Below are positions 23,532-35,599 of a stretch of DNA of 47,445 nt, in pieces. The position numbers and the translations under genes were made by a program. The stretch comes from Chiloscyllium plagiosum. Lineage: Eukaryota. The stretch is from contig NC_057718.1 of NCBI RefSeq assembly GCF_004010195.1, forward strand, positions 58,433,704 through 58,481,148, read 5' to 3'. The notes below the pieces were generated by a model. The model worked only from the letters and a program-made list of their open reading frames with translations. It did not search any database and was not told the origin of the DNA. The stretch's first letter is position 1, and each line of letters opens with the position of its first letter.

Positions 23532-24771
23532 ATAGATCATAGATCATAGAGATGTACAGCATGGAAACAGACCCTTCGGTCCAACCCATCCATGCCAACC
23601 AGATATCCCAACTCAATCGAGTCCCACTTGCCAGCACCCGGCCCATATCCCTCAAAACCCTCTCAATTCAAATACCCATCCACATGCCTCTTAAATGTTG
23701 CAATTGTACTAGTCTCTGCTTCTTCCTCTGGCAGCTCATTCCATACACGTACCACTCTCAGTGTGAAAACGTTGCCCCGTAGGTCTCTATTATATCTTGC
23801 CCCTCTCACCCTAAACCTAAGCCCTCTAGTTCTGGACTCTCCGACCCCAGGGTAAAGACTTTGCCTATTTATCCAATCCATGCCCCTCATAATTTTGTAA
23901 ACCTCTATGAGGTCACCCCTCACCTCCGCGCTCCAGGGAAAACAGCCCCAGCCTGTTCAGCCTCTCCCTGTAGCTCAAATCCTCCAACCCTGGCAACATC
24001 GTTGTAAATCTTTTCTGAACTCTTTCAAGTTTCACAACATCTTTCCAATAGGAAGGAGACCAGAATTGCACGCAATATTCCAACAGTTGCCCAACCAATG
24101 CCCTGTACAGCCACAACATGACCTCCCAACTCCTGTACTCAGTAATCTGACCAATAAAGGAAAGAATACCAAACGCATTCTTCACTATCCTATCTACCTG
24201 CGACTCCACTTTCAAGGAGCTAAGGACCTGCACTCCAATGCCTTTTTGTTCAGCAACACTCCTGAGGACCTTACCATAAAGTGTATAAGTCCTGCTAAGA
24301 TTTGCTGTCCCAAAATGCAGCACCTCACATTTATCTAAATTAAACTCCATCTGCCACTTTTCAGCCCATTGGCCCATCTGGTCAAGACCCTGATGTAATC
24401 TGAGGTAACTCTCTTCACTGTCCACTACACCTCTCCCATGGGGAACCTTGTCAAACACCTTACTGAAGTCCATATAGATCACATCTACTGCTCTACCCTC
24501 ATCAATCCTCTTTGTTACTTCTTCAAAAAACTCAATCAAGTTTGTGAGACATGATTTCCCACACACAAAGCCTTTCGGACTATCCCAAATCAGTCCTTGC
24601 CTTTCCAAATACACATACATCCTGTCCCTCAGGATTCCCTCCAACAACTTTCCCACCACCGACATCAGGCTCACTGGTCTATAGTTCCCTGGCTTGTCCT
24701 TACCACCCTTCTTAAACAGTGGCAGCACGTTAGCCAACCTCCAGTCTTCTGGCACCTCACCCGTGACTATG
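23532..24771 (-). mobile_element. Younger CR1 LINE fragment with an internal deletion in RT
   Basis: PGNYRPVSL, YMDFSKVFDKVPHGR joined directly to GVVDSEE (QGS/FADD segment missing); (ATAGATC)n tail. Confidence 0.92.
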
Positions 24772-25433
24772 GTCCAGTCCTTCCAGTCAGTGGTACAGCA
24801 GTGGTACATACTGCTGCTCTCTGTGATGTAAACTGTTCATATACCTAGAGCCTCTGCACTGTTTGGAACAAGAGGGTATCCAACAATTAATAGAATCAGG
24901 AGGTCAAGTGGCAACTAAGATTTGAGTCAAGCTACCTCCTCTTTTATACCATTTAATCTTCAGTTCATTGATTTACACTTTTTTTAAAAATAGACTCGTC
25001 ACCCTCAACACTGCAGCCATGTTCACCTCCTACCTCCCCCCCCCGAAAATGCTCGTCCAATGCTCATCCCCTGATAATATCCACCCCCTCCCTCACCCCT
25101 CGAGATACTCACTCACTTCCCTCATGCCTGACAACACTCACCCTTCACCAATGGCAATGCTAAGTCTCTCCCCTCATTTCCTGATTATGTTCAAGACGAA
25201 CCAAGCCCCGCCAGCTCTGTCAACTACTGACAATACTCACCTTATTTCCTTTACCCCCAATACAGTTCATTGTCTTCCTTCACACCACCAGTAGTGGTTA
25301 GCTCCTCAATACCCATGCCACCCAAAATATTGGTCAGTCCCTCACTAATCCCCCCCTGACTCACTCACACCACTTGGGTCATCACAACTCTCACTCAAAA
25401 TGATCCCCACTCACCACTTTGTTGTATAAGGTA

Positions 25434-26351
25434 CAAGTAGTTCTTGTATGACACTGTGTCATAGAAAAATCACACAATATAAATAAAAGCACCTATGGGA
25501 AAAACAGGGGCGAACCACCAAAAATATGAGTAAACATCAAAACAAAAATCATAGAATCCCTACAGTGTGGAATCAGGCCCTTTGACCCAACTGACCCTCC
25601 GAAGAGTAACCCAGTCAGATTCATCTCCCCAGCCTATATTTACCCCTGATTAATGCACCCAACCCCAAACACTATGGATAATTTAGCATGGCCAATTCAC
25701 CTAACCTGCACATCTTTGAATGGTTGGGAGGAAACTAGAGCACCCGGACGAAACCCACGCAGACACGGGGTGAATGTGCAAACTCCACACATACAGGTCG
25801 CCCGAGACTGGAATCACACCCAGGTCCCTGGTGCTGTGAGGCAGCAGTACTAACCACTGAGCCACTGTGACGCCTCACACAAATGATAGCTCAGTCTAAG
25901 TAACTCTTTAAATCGTATATTTTAGTGATTTAGTACAGTAAATTTAACACTTTAACACTAAAATCACTGACGACAGCACTGCACCTTTCACAAAGCACTT
26001 CACCAGAGAATGCATGAGCCATATAGTGCTGATGTGGAAGTCCAATCCTCTTCAAGATTCTCCCCCTGGGTTTGAAATAAAATTCCTTCTAAATATAGAC
26101 CACAATTCCCAGTTTCAGGCTAAGTTTCAAGGTTTGCAGAGCCGATTGTCTTCCTATTTTAGCTGAACACATTAACTTTGCATTTTGCAGACAGAGGAAC
26201 CTGAGGCTGGGTTTTGCTGTTCAGCTTGTGCCAAGAATGGAATCATGCTCCAGCGAGTGGGAGTTTGCTTTATTAAAAAAGGTCCGTAATTCATAAATCG
26301 CGTTACCATCAAATTGCATTTAATAAATGCGTATTATAGGAGAACTATCTG
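25434..26351. mobile_element. Non-autonomous Tigger/pogo-type DNA transposon containing a SINE
   Basis: Degenerate TIRs CAAGTAGTTCTTGTATGA / TTATAGGAGAACTATCTG, flanked by TA. Confidence 0.6.
25548..25874 (-). mobile_element. HE1-type V-SINE
   Basis: Homologous to 5407-5710 along its length. Confidence 0.9.
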
Positions 26352-27134
26352 TAATAGTTTTGAAAGAGTTAATCTTGGAAGCTATTTTAAGCTCCTCTAA
26401 ATCCAATGATCACAACCTCATGAGAACAAAGTTTGTGGTGTGATATTGGCATCTACAGCAACATTAGACTCGTAAATACCATGAGATAGTTTCCACGCAA
26501 AAGTGCTGATTTTTCAGGGTAATCTATTCAGAATTGCCTTAACTAGCTCAAAACATCATGGAATTTTAAGTGCAAATTAAGTTCAGTGCAAATCCAGTTT
26601 CTGCAACCTTTTTTTTGCTAGTTTGCAAACATTACATCTGGAAGCTGACATTGTCCACGGAGCTGACCACAATCTCACTTCAAATTAATCAGTGTTGCAG
26701 ATTTCTGTTAACTGCACTCATTACTTGTCTTTTAGGTGCAACGACATTGATGAACACTATTTAAAGCTTTTAAAAAGTAATTACGATCCCTTAAGAAACG
26801 AAGAAATGCTTCTTTTTTATTTAAAAAGAAATGTTCAGTCATTTAAAATGGGGTTCCTTACAGGCAATTAATTGATATTGTAATAACATTGTTTTTTCAG
26901 TCATAACCCTGTTTTCATAAACTTTAAAAGTGTTTTTAAAACATTGACCAATTGCATCAGTTCCTGCCAGAGGTTTTATTTGACAAATTGGTTAAAAGTC
27001 AGAGCGAACTGTTCTAAACAAGCACAATTTACACCCTGGTTACCAATTGCTCATGAATTGGAAAATTCACCTACATATAAAATAATTTCAGAACAGATTT
27101 GCAAATTGTGCTTTATTCACAAAATATCTATATG

Positions 27135-27940
27135 TTCTGATGTAGGTTTGTTCGCTGAGCTGGAAGGTTCATTTTCAGACATTTCATCACCATACTAGGT
27201 AACATCATCAGTGAGCTTCCAGATGAAGCGCTGGTGGCATGGCCCACTTTCTATTTATGTGTTGAGGTTTTCTAGGGTTGTGATGCCATTTCCTATGGTG
27301 AAATCATTTCCAGTGGTGATGTCATTTCTTGTTCTTTTTCTCAAGGGTGGTAAATGGGATCCAAGTTAATGTATTTGTTGATAGAATTCCGGTTGGAATG
27401 CCATGTTTCTAGGAATTCTCATACGTGTCTCTGCTTGGCTTGTCCTAGGATGGATATGTTGTCCCAGTCGTAGTGGTGTTTGTAAGGATACTAATGAGAG
27501 TGGGTCACATCAACTAGCCACAAAAAGACATGACCCACTCTCACTAGTATCTTTGTATTCAGATTTGGAAGGACACCACTTCCACTGGGACAACACATCC
27601 ATCTGAGGACAAGCCAAGCAGAGACATGTCCGAGAATTCCTAGAAGCATGGCATTCCAACTGGAACTCTATCAATAAACACATTGACTTGGATCCCATTT
27701 ACCACCCCCTGAGAAAAAGAACAGGAAATGACATCACCACAGGAAATTGCATCACCAGCCCAAGGAAACCTAAACACATAAATAGACAGCGGGCCATGCC
27801 ACCCGTGCTTCATCTGGAGCATCACTGAAGATGTTACCTAGTATGGTGACGAAACGTCTGAATATGAACCTTACAGGTCAGCGAGTAAACTTACATCCAG
27901 AATCTCAACCTGAGCTACAAATCTTCTCAAAACTCGCTAA
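27135..27940. mobile_element. Penelope-like element: inverted duplication of GIY-YIG C-terminus and pLTR
   Basis: Arms 27135-27507 and 27531-27902; HQLATKRHD...REFLEAWHS...INKHIDLDPIY. Confidence 0.9.
27822..27861 (+). ncRNA. Minimal hammerhead ribozyme motif
   Basis: UCA-CUGAAGA-U-GUUACC-UAGUAU-GGUGAC-GAAAC-GUC-UGA; helix I UCA/UGA, 6-bp helix II. Confidence 0.8.
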
Positions 27941-28189
27941 CATTGAGAAGTACATTACAAAATAATTCAAATCAGATATAAATAAAATACAAAGAAATCA
28001 CATTTCTTATTTGAGCATTTTGCATGCTTAGGTGTCTCAAACCAAATGCAAGACTAGAACAATTACTGAATACATTGAGAAACTGATGAAATCACAATAC
28101 AAGCCAAGGGGTGTTAGCATGAGTTAGTATAAGTTAGTCCTTTGTCTATCATGATAGAAAGATCTCCGAAAGCAACTTTTCTCCACTGT

Positions 28190-29420
28190 GCTGTAGCAAT
28201 GGCTACCCAAGCTTTAGCGCATCCCTCATCAAACAGTCTTGGGTCTTGGAATGTGCCAGTCTGGAACCCTCAGTTGAGGACAACTCTTTAACATTGGAAA
28301 AAAAACAAGATTCATGCAAAGCAAAGAGCATCATTCACTGAATTGTTGGTCTTCCGAGGCAAACTGATCTTTATTTCAATGTGCATCATAGGGAACAGCC
28401 CATAGACCACAGAGTCCTGCAGCATGGATTTACACAACAAAAGTCAAATCTCTCACCTTCTTTGCAAAGGCACATTCCAGAAGGAGATGTGGGACAGTCT
28501 CTTCACCATTGCAGCCACCTCGAAGGGAGTGTGTGGTGACACATTGAATCCAGGCACGCTGAAAGCTTTGACGGGTAGTGCCCTTTGCATCACCAGCCAA
28601 GCTACCACTTGGTGTTAGTTAGAATGTTCTGATGATGAGGCATTCTGCTAAATTACTTTAACATTCTGCTCAGAGAACATCCGATGGCAACAAACTTTAA
28701 CATCAGGGTCTCAAGGGTGTTATGTGTCGACCACCATCTGATTGAAAACATGTTTTCATTTTCCGTGAGGGACATATGGTACAGTCCAAACACTTGGAGC
28801 ATTCTGTGCAACACCAGGAATAGGTAGAAGCTCAGCACAGAATGACACTTGGTATTTTTGTACCAAGGTTATACACACAGCTTGATGAAGCCACACACAA
28901 ACAGGGCCATCAGGATGAAGGAGATGTTGGGTATGTCCTATACCACCCACCCCTCCCCCACTCCGTCTAGAGATTGATACATGGTGTCCCTGCAGACACA
29001 GTCTATTATTGATCTAGAAGGTGAAGTAGAAGATTGTTAAGGTGACCAATGTGATGCAGGTTCAGGGAATGGGTCAGACCTGTACCATGCACAGCAACAC
29101 CGAGAACCTCACATCTGATGTCCAGCTTTTTAGAGGGAGTGGTATGCTGTCTCATGCCCAGTTTCTGCCTCGCCCTAGCAATCAGATCCTCCCTGTTTTT
29201 AGTGCATGCTCTGGGCCTTCTGAACCATACATCCAGCACCTTCTGTTAATCTAACCTAATAGTGAAGGGGGTAAAGTATCACTCAGTCCAGTGTCCAAAC
29301 AACATGACCTCACTCCTGTTTCAATTTACCTTGGCTCCCAATACCAGTTTGACCTAGTCACGGATGCTCAAGACATGAGATCTGAGCAGAGTACAGCAAC
29401 ATTGTTTGTTCAGAATAGGT
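28190..29420 (-). mobile_element. Tx1/L1-clade LINE ORF2 C-terminal remnant
   Basis: IRCEVL, VCRDTMY, ILMALFVCGFIKLC, NAPSVWTVPY, AWLVMQRALPV, EETVPHLLLECAFA (zf-RVT-like). Confidence 0.75.
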
Positions 29421-29764
29421 TACTTGGCATTGTCCACCTGAAGTGTGGCTTTCTGTAATTCATTGATATTTTGTGCTGACAAAATACCTGGTCTGGTCAG
29501 TTGTTCACATACTGGTACTTATACATTTAAACATTTATACAAATGAGTACTTGCTGCAGTCCATAATAATAAAAACAATAAGCTGATTGGTCTCTTTCAT
29601 TTGTACCTATATAATTTAAATTAATGTACTTGATATCAATAGAGCCTAATCTGCATATTTAAGGTAGGAAGTTTCTTCTGGTGATTATACTATTCTCTGG
29701 TTTAAACAAAAAGGGTTAATGTTGCAGAAATTTTAATCAACTGTTGTGATGTTTTATAGCTGGA

Positions 29765-29831
29765 ATAGCTAGGATTTGAACCCCAGTTTCTTGATACAAG
29801 GGTATGAATACTACAACTACACCACAAGAGC
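29765..29831 (-). mobile_element. Degenerate tRNA-derived SINE head
   Basis: Minus strand A box TGGTGTAGTTG and B box GGTTCAAATCC; no full cloverleaf. Confidence 0.5.
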
Positions 29832-30199
29832 TCTGGGCTTAATATTGCAATTTATGGGAAGGCATTGGAATGAACTGTTACAATTTGCAGTGGCAATTTA
29901 AACTGCCTGCCAGGTTTTTAGTTGGTGGCTGGGTCACAGTCAAGCTGTATATCTTAACTAACAGCATGATACTATCCACTGAGGTGTCTTATTATTATTT
30001 AGGTAACTAATGCTACACTCAGTGAAGATGAAGTTGATTACAACTTTTATGAATGAACTTGGGAAGCTAGTCATATGATTCATATGACTTTATTTGAGCT
30101 GAGTTTGTAACTTACATGAAAAGGTTGTTTAAGTCCAATAGGTCTTCACTATCAATATTGCTTCTCACTTTCTAATCTTAATTTACCAGTTGAACACCA

Positions 30200-30402
30200 C
30201 AGGTAGTCCCTGAGTTGCTAACATGGTTTCTGTTCTTGAGTCCACTCCCAAGTTGATTTGTACACAAGCCAAAGTGCATTGCAGGACAATGTAAAATAGC
30301 CATTCTTAAGTGCAGGAAACATGCTTATGTCAGACTTTTAAAATTACACCTCTGTATGGGATTACATTCAAAAGTATGAAGATTTGGAAATCAGGGTCAC
30401 TG
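30200..30402. mobile_element. Tigger-type MITE
   Basis: Starts CAGGTAGTCCCTGAGTT and ends AAATCAGGGTCACTG followed by TA; related to 9280-9435. Confidence 0.65.
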
Positions 30403-30829
30403 TATTGGGGAAATACTTGTGACTGCCACGAAGACTTATAATAGACCTTGGATGAAAAAAAAATACTATTGGATCTAGTAGGGGAATGGGCCTATACCTG
30501 GCAGATGATATTCGTTATGGATTAATGTAGCATTATGAGAAGGATCGGGTTAGTATCAAGCACATCTGTGCTCTACTGGGTCCCTAACTAAAGTCCATTG
30601 TGCAGCAATATGACCTAGATGTTACAGAACAAGATCGTTATGCAAGACCAGTGCTAAGAAAATTTTGTTTGCATTACTAGGATACCTAAGTATAAAACAA
30701 AAACTGTTGTGTCCTATACAAGGCCTTGAGGCCTCATTTGGAACCTTCTGGTGCAGTGGTACTTTGTCACTGATGGGGAAAGCGAAGGATAGCCAATTGA
30801 AGCTCTTAAGTGGGTAACTAAAGACAGGT

Positions 30830-31527
30830 CCTTAATGGTAAGGCCCTGGGGTGTGTTACAGAATCAAGAGACCTTGGAGTGCAGATTCATAGTTCCTTGA
30901 AAGTGGAGTCATAGGTAGACATGATAGTGATGGTATCAGTGCATTGAGTATTAGATTTGGGAGATCATGTTGCAGCTGTTTAGGGCATTGATTATGCCAC
31001 TTTTGGAATACTGCTTTCAATTCTGGTCTCCCTGCTGTAGGAAGAATGTTGTGAAACTTGAAAGGGTTTAGGAAAGATTTACAAGAATGTTGCCAGTGTT
31101 GGAATATTTGAGCTATAGGAAGAGGTAGAATAGACTGGGGTGTTTTCCCTGGAGGTTCAGGGACTGAGGGGAGATCTTATAGTGATTTATAGGGTGGATA
31201 GCCAGAGTCTTATCCCTTGGTGGGGGGAGTCCAAAACCAGAGGGCTTAGATTAAAGGTGAGAGAGGAAAGATGTAAAAGGGACCTAAGAGGCACCTTTTT
31301 CATGCAGAGGGTGGTGAGTGTATGGAATGAGCTGCCAGAGCAAGTGGTGGAGACTGGTACAATTACAACATGTAAAAGGCATCTAGATAGGAATATGAAT
31401 AGGAAGAGCTTAGAGAGATATGAGCCAAATGCTGGTGCATGGGACTAGATTTATTTAGGATATCTGGTTGGCATGGACGTGTTGGACCGAAGAGTCTGTT
31501 TCCTTGCTGTACAGCTTTATATTCTAG
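30830..31527 (+). mobile_element. CR1 LINE 3' fragment, abutting older CR1-like sequence from ~30430
   Basis: RDLGVQIHSSLKV, LRGDLI, VWNELPE and a CR1 3' UTR. Confidence 0.9.
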
Positions 31528-32465
31528 TTAAGGGTCTCTTGATGTCTCACTTGGTGTTCTGTCTGTGCTGGGCAATCCTTCCACCACGTGGCGAAACTGC
31601 CCAATGAAGGTTAGTAGCCCAACTGCAGGCTGGGTATAAGGACCCTCTGGGCATGATGGTACCCATGGAAGTCCATGCTGATGTTAAAAATCACACTTGC
31701 AGAAACAAGTCTCTGCCATCACCAACCACCCCATGCCTCACCATCACGTGTCTGATTTGTGCTGGTTATTCCAAACACATTTCTTTGGTATCCTGGTGGC
31801 CTCCATAGTGCTTTTCATTCATTTTTAGGAATGCAAGTTGACTCAAACCAGTTTGTGTCATATCCAGGTTTTACCTTTACCTTTTGAGAACTCTGGGTCT
31901 GATGTAGTCATCAACATGGCCATAGCGCCCAGTCCTCCTGCTGGGACTGATTGGCGGTGGCTCCACAGCAGGATCTTTTCAGTGGATGAGATTCCTAACA
32001 TCAAACAGTTAATAGCCTGTCTGCTGCAGAATTTTGTCAGGCTCCAGGAAACAGTGGAGTGAATTTTGTTCCTGGCTTTCCAAGCCAATAGGAGACATGT
32101 GGAGGTTACAACTGAAGATCAGAGGAGGGTTATGTTGTGTATGTAGTTGGAGGGGATGCCCCGTTAATAGAGCTGATCAGGTGAGCTGGAGGGGCAGAGC
32201 TGGAGTCCAGTCAGAACTGGGGTGTGAGCATTGTAAAGAAAATGCTCCTGTGCACATTTAGCATTCATCTCCCTTGTGAATAATTCCTGTTTCCAAAGGA
32301 TGCACCAATCTAACAGGTTGTTTGACTGAAAATTCCTTTGTTAGGCTTAGAGAACTGAGTTGGTTCACTCCAGAAAAGCATTGAGTTGAAGAGTCATTTG
32401 ATTTACTTGGATTAGATTGCATCCTTAATGATAAATTGGTTGAATTTCAAAGGTAAGAGGGGGCC

Positions 32466-32557
32466 ATTCCTGAAGAAGGGCTTATGCCCGAAACGTCGAT
32501 TCCCTGTTCCCTGGATGCTGCCTGACCTGCTGCGCTTTTCCAGCTACACATTTTCAG
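32466..32557 (+). mobile_element. Short Penelope-like element
   Basis: Related to 16311-16426 (TGGATGCTGCCTGA...TTCCAGC). Confidence 0.8.
32468..32499 (+). ncRNA. Minimal hammerhead ribozyme motif, intact core
   Basis: UC-CUGAAGA-A-GGGC-UUAU-GCCC-GAAAC-GUC-GA. Confidence 0.8.
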
Positions 32558-32971
32558 GCCTGGATAGAACTAAACGTTAGGAGGTTATTCTGTTGGCAGA
32601 GGTTCTTTGATCTTTAGAACAAGTTGGCACATATAGTGAGTCCAGATATGCTGCAAGTCCTCAAAAGAAAGTTGTTTGAGTTCTTGCTGAAGAATGATGG
32701 CACTGGAGACAAAACGTTATTATGTGATGTGCTTTACACTTGCAGTGGTCTCTTGTTGTTTTGATCAATTTGGGGCATTGCAGAGGAATTTCCAGGTCAG
32801 TATTTTCCCTGCATTTCTTGCAGATTTCTCAAACCTAATTTTGTCAGAATAAGGAGTCTACATGATAGACCAGCTGTCCATCAGTTTGAAAAGAAGTGCA
32901 TGCTGTTTAATCAGTTTACGAGATTGAGCATGAAGTGCAGATCCAACAGTTCTGGATCCTGAATTATGACT

Positions 32972-33125
32972 TAGAATCATAGACCCTTCGGTCCAACCCG
33001 TCCATGCCGACCAGATATCCCAACCCAATCTAGTCCCGCCTGCCAGCACCTGGCCCATATCCCTCCAAACCCTTCCTATTCATATATCCATCCAAATGCC
33101 TCTTAAATGTTGCAGTTGTACCAGC
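32972..33125 (-). mobile_element. CR1 3'-end stub
   Basis: Matches 23570-23710. Confidence 0.88.
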
Positions 33126-34131
33126 AAGAAATAGATATAATCTGCAGAATAAAACAGTAGTCCTTTAAATTATGCCTAAATTTCTAACCAATGTATATTT
33201 GAAGCAAGCTTGTGAAGAATATAGATTATTTACAGAATTAAATAATGATGCTTTAAATCATGCTTACATTAGATTTGGAACTTTATATATTTATATCAAA
33301 TCATTATGACCATTACTGATCAGAATGAAACAGAAATTAGTAGAACATAATTTTAAATTGTTACAATGGAAAAATGCCAGTAAGATCAATAACTTAAATA
33401 TACAACACATCACATCAATAATTTCCCAATTTTCTTAAGCAACAGTTTGTCACAACAAGGAAATATCTTGTAGCTCTGCCTGTTACCTGTCACTGGACAC
33501 TGCTGTCAGGAGCTATTTTGCCTCAGTGATAGCAACAGTTGCATCAGTTTGACAGTAATTTTGCTGTTTGAAAACATCTTTGAAATGTTTCCAATTTTCT
33601 TTGATGTTCAGCAGGGAGATTCCCAGCTCTTGCTTCTCTATCTGTCAAATTGCTAACTGTGCACCTTTTCAGTTTCACTAAAAGCTTAAAGATGCAAATC
33701 CTACGCTTCGAAAACTATAATTTTTCAAAGCAAATAAAATGCTGCAGTTTGAGTTGGGCTGACAGTGTCTCTCGTCAAAAACTCACTTGTATATTCCCAT
33801 CATTTAACCTACTTTAAAGTTATGGTTGTAGGTTTCACTTTAGAAATTGGGACCTTGGATGAGGGGATAAGATCAACTTCCAGTTCTATTATTTAATGAT
33901 GAGAAATGAAAACATCGCATGATTTAAGAGAGGGTAACATTGGGGTGGACATTCTTGTTTGAGCTGCTAATTTTCCTGAACTAAAGCTGACCTTTGCTTC
34001 CTGCATGTTCATGGTCATTATTTTATTAAATTAAATACTCCTAACTAAGACTTTTGTAAAACTGTTCATTAAATAAAGAGCGATTATTTAGTCTCTCTAG
34101 ATGGCATATAAAACACTCTGAAAGGATGATA

Positions 34132-34290
34132 AAGTTATAGAGGCATATAACACAGAAACAGACCCTTCAGTCTCAACTGTTCATGCCAACTATAATTCCA
34201 AACTAAACTAGGCCCATATCCCTTGTCCAAATGTATTTTAAATGTTATAACTTCCTCTGGACGTTCATTCCACAGACAGACCTCTGTGTA
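34132..34290 (-). mobile_element. CR1 3'-end stub (deleted)
   Basis: Matches 17880-18095 with gaps. Confidence 0.7.
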
Positions 34291-34633
34291 TTTACATTGT
34301 TTAGCATGTCATACTCTGAGCTCAGAAGTGAAGCACTGGAGAACACATCAAATCTTTTTGTGACTTCCTGAACAGACTCAATGGACTATGAGATAAATCA
34401 TTCATGAATCCGTTCATCATTGTTTTGTGGAACAAAAAATATTATACTGCAAATGATACATTAATTTGCTGATTTCATTGAAGAAATGGAATTTCTAACA
34501 ACAGATCTTCTAAAATAAATTGCAACAGAAGATACCAATATCATTAATCACATTTTAGGAGTGATCTAGTGTTTCTCGCTCCTTTAGTCTGGGAGTGTTT
34601 CAGACACACTTTTAATCAAGAGTAATAGTATCT

Positions 34634-35599
34634 GTTGTTGTGGTTCTGTTCGCCAAGCTGGGAATTTGTGTTGCAGACGTTTCGCCCCCTGTCTAGATGA
34701 CATCCTCAGTGCTTGGGAGCCTCCTGTGAAGCGCTTCTGTGATGTTTCCTCCGGCATTTATAGTGATTTGTCTCTGCCGCTTCCGGTTGTCAGTTCCAGC
34801 TGTCCGTTGCAGTGGCCGGTATATTGGGTCCAGNNNNNNNNNNNNNNNNNNNNNNNNNNNNNNNNNNNNNNNNNNNNNNNNNNNNNNNNNNNNNNNNNNN
34901 NNNNNNNNNNNNNNNNNNNNNNNNNNNNNNNNNNNNNNNNNNNNNNNNNNNNNNNNNNNNNNNNNNNNNNNNNNNNNNNNNNNNNNNNNNNNNNNNNNNN
35001 NNNNNNNNNNNNNNNNNNNNNNNNNNNNNNNNNNNNNNNNNNNNNNNNNNNNNNNNNNNNNNNNNNNNNNNNNNNNNNNNNNNNNNNNNNNNNNNNNNNN
35101 NNNNNNNNNNNNNNNNNNNNNNNNNNNNNNNNNNNNNNNNNNNNNNNNNNNNNNNNNNNNNNNNNNNNNNNNNNNNNNNNNNNNNNNNNNNNNNNNNNNN
35201 NNNNNNNNNNNNNNNNNNNNGACCAGCTATCCTTAGTAGCCACACACGCAGATGACAAGCAACATGAGTTCGACTGGGACAACACTACTATTATAGGACA
35301 AGCCAAACAGAGAACAGCCAGGGAATTCCTAGAGGCATGGCACTCATCCACAGATTCAATCAATAAGCACATCGACCTGGACCCAATATACCGGACAGCT
35401 GGAACTGACAACCGGAAGAGGCAGAGACAAACCACTATAAATGCCGGAGGAAACATCACAGAAGCGCTTCATAGGAGGCTCCCAAGCACTGAGGATGTCA
35501 ATGAGACAGGGGATGAAACGTCTGCAACACAAATTTCCAACTCGGCGAACAGAACCACAACAATGAGCACCCGAGCTACAAATCTTCTCCCAAACTTTG
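34634..35599. mobile_element. Penelope-like element with inverted pLTRs spanning an assembly gap
   Basis: 34634-34833 is the reverse complement of ~35376-35562; REFLEAWHS; AGTATCTGTTGT duplicated at 34627-34638 and 35600-35611; hammerhead motifs at 34672-34712 (-) and 35486-35525 (+). Confidence 0.9.
34834..35220. other. Assembly gap
   Basis: N run; smaller gaps at 43336-43354 and 44052-44117. Confidence 1.

Noticed and set aside
26736..26776. Exon-like CNDIDEHYLKLLK resembling a calcium-binding EGF start
   Set aside because: Lacks the following cysteines, has a weak donor site, and is too short to support.
31530..32330. Possible non-autonomous Harbinger-like element
   Set aside because: No TIRs, TSD or protein motif could be established by eye.
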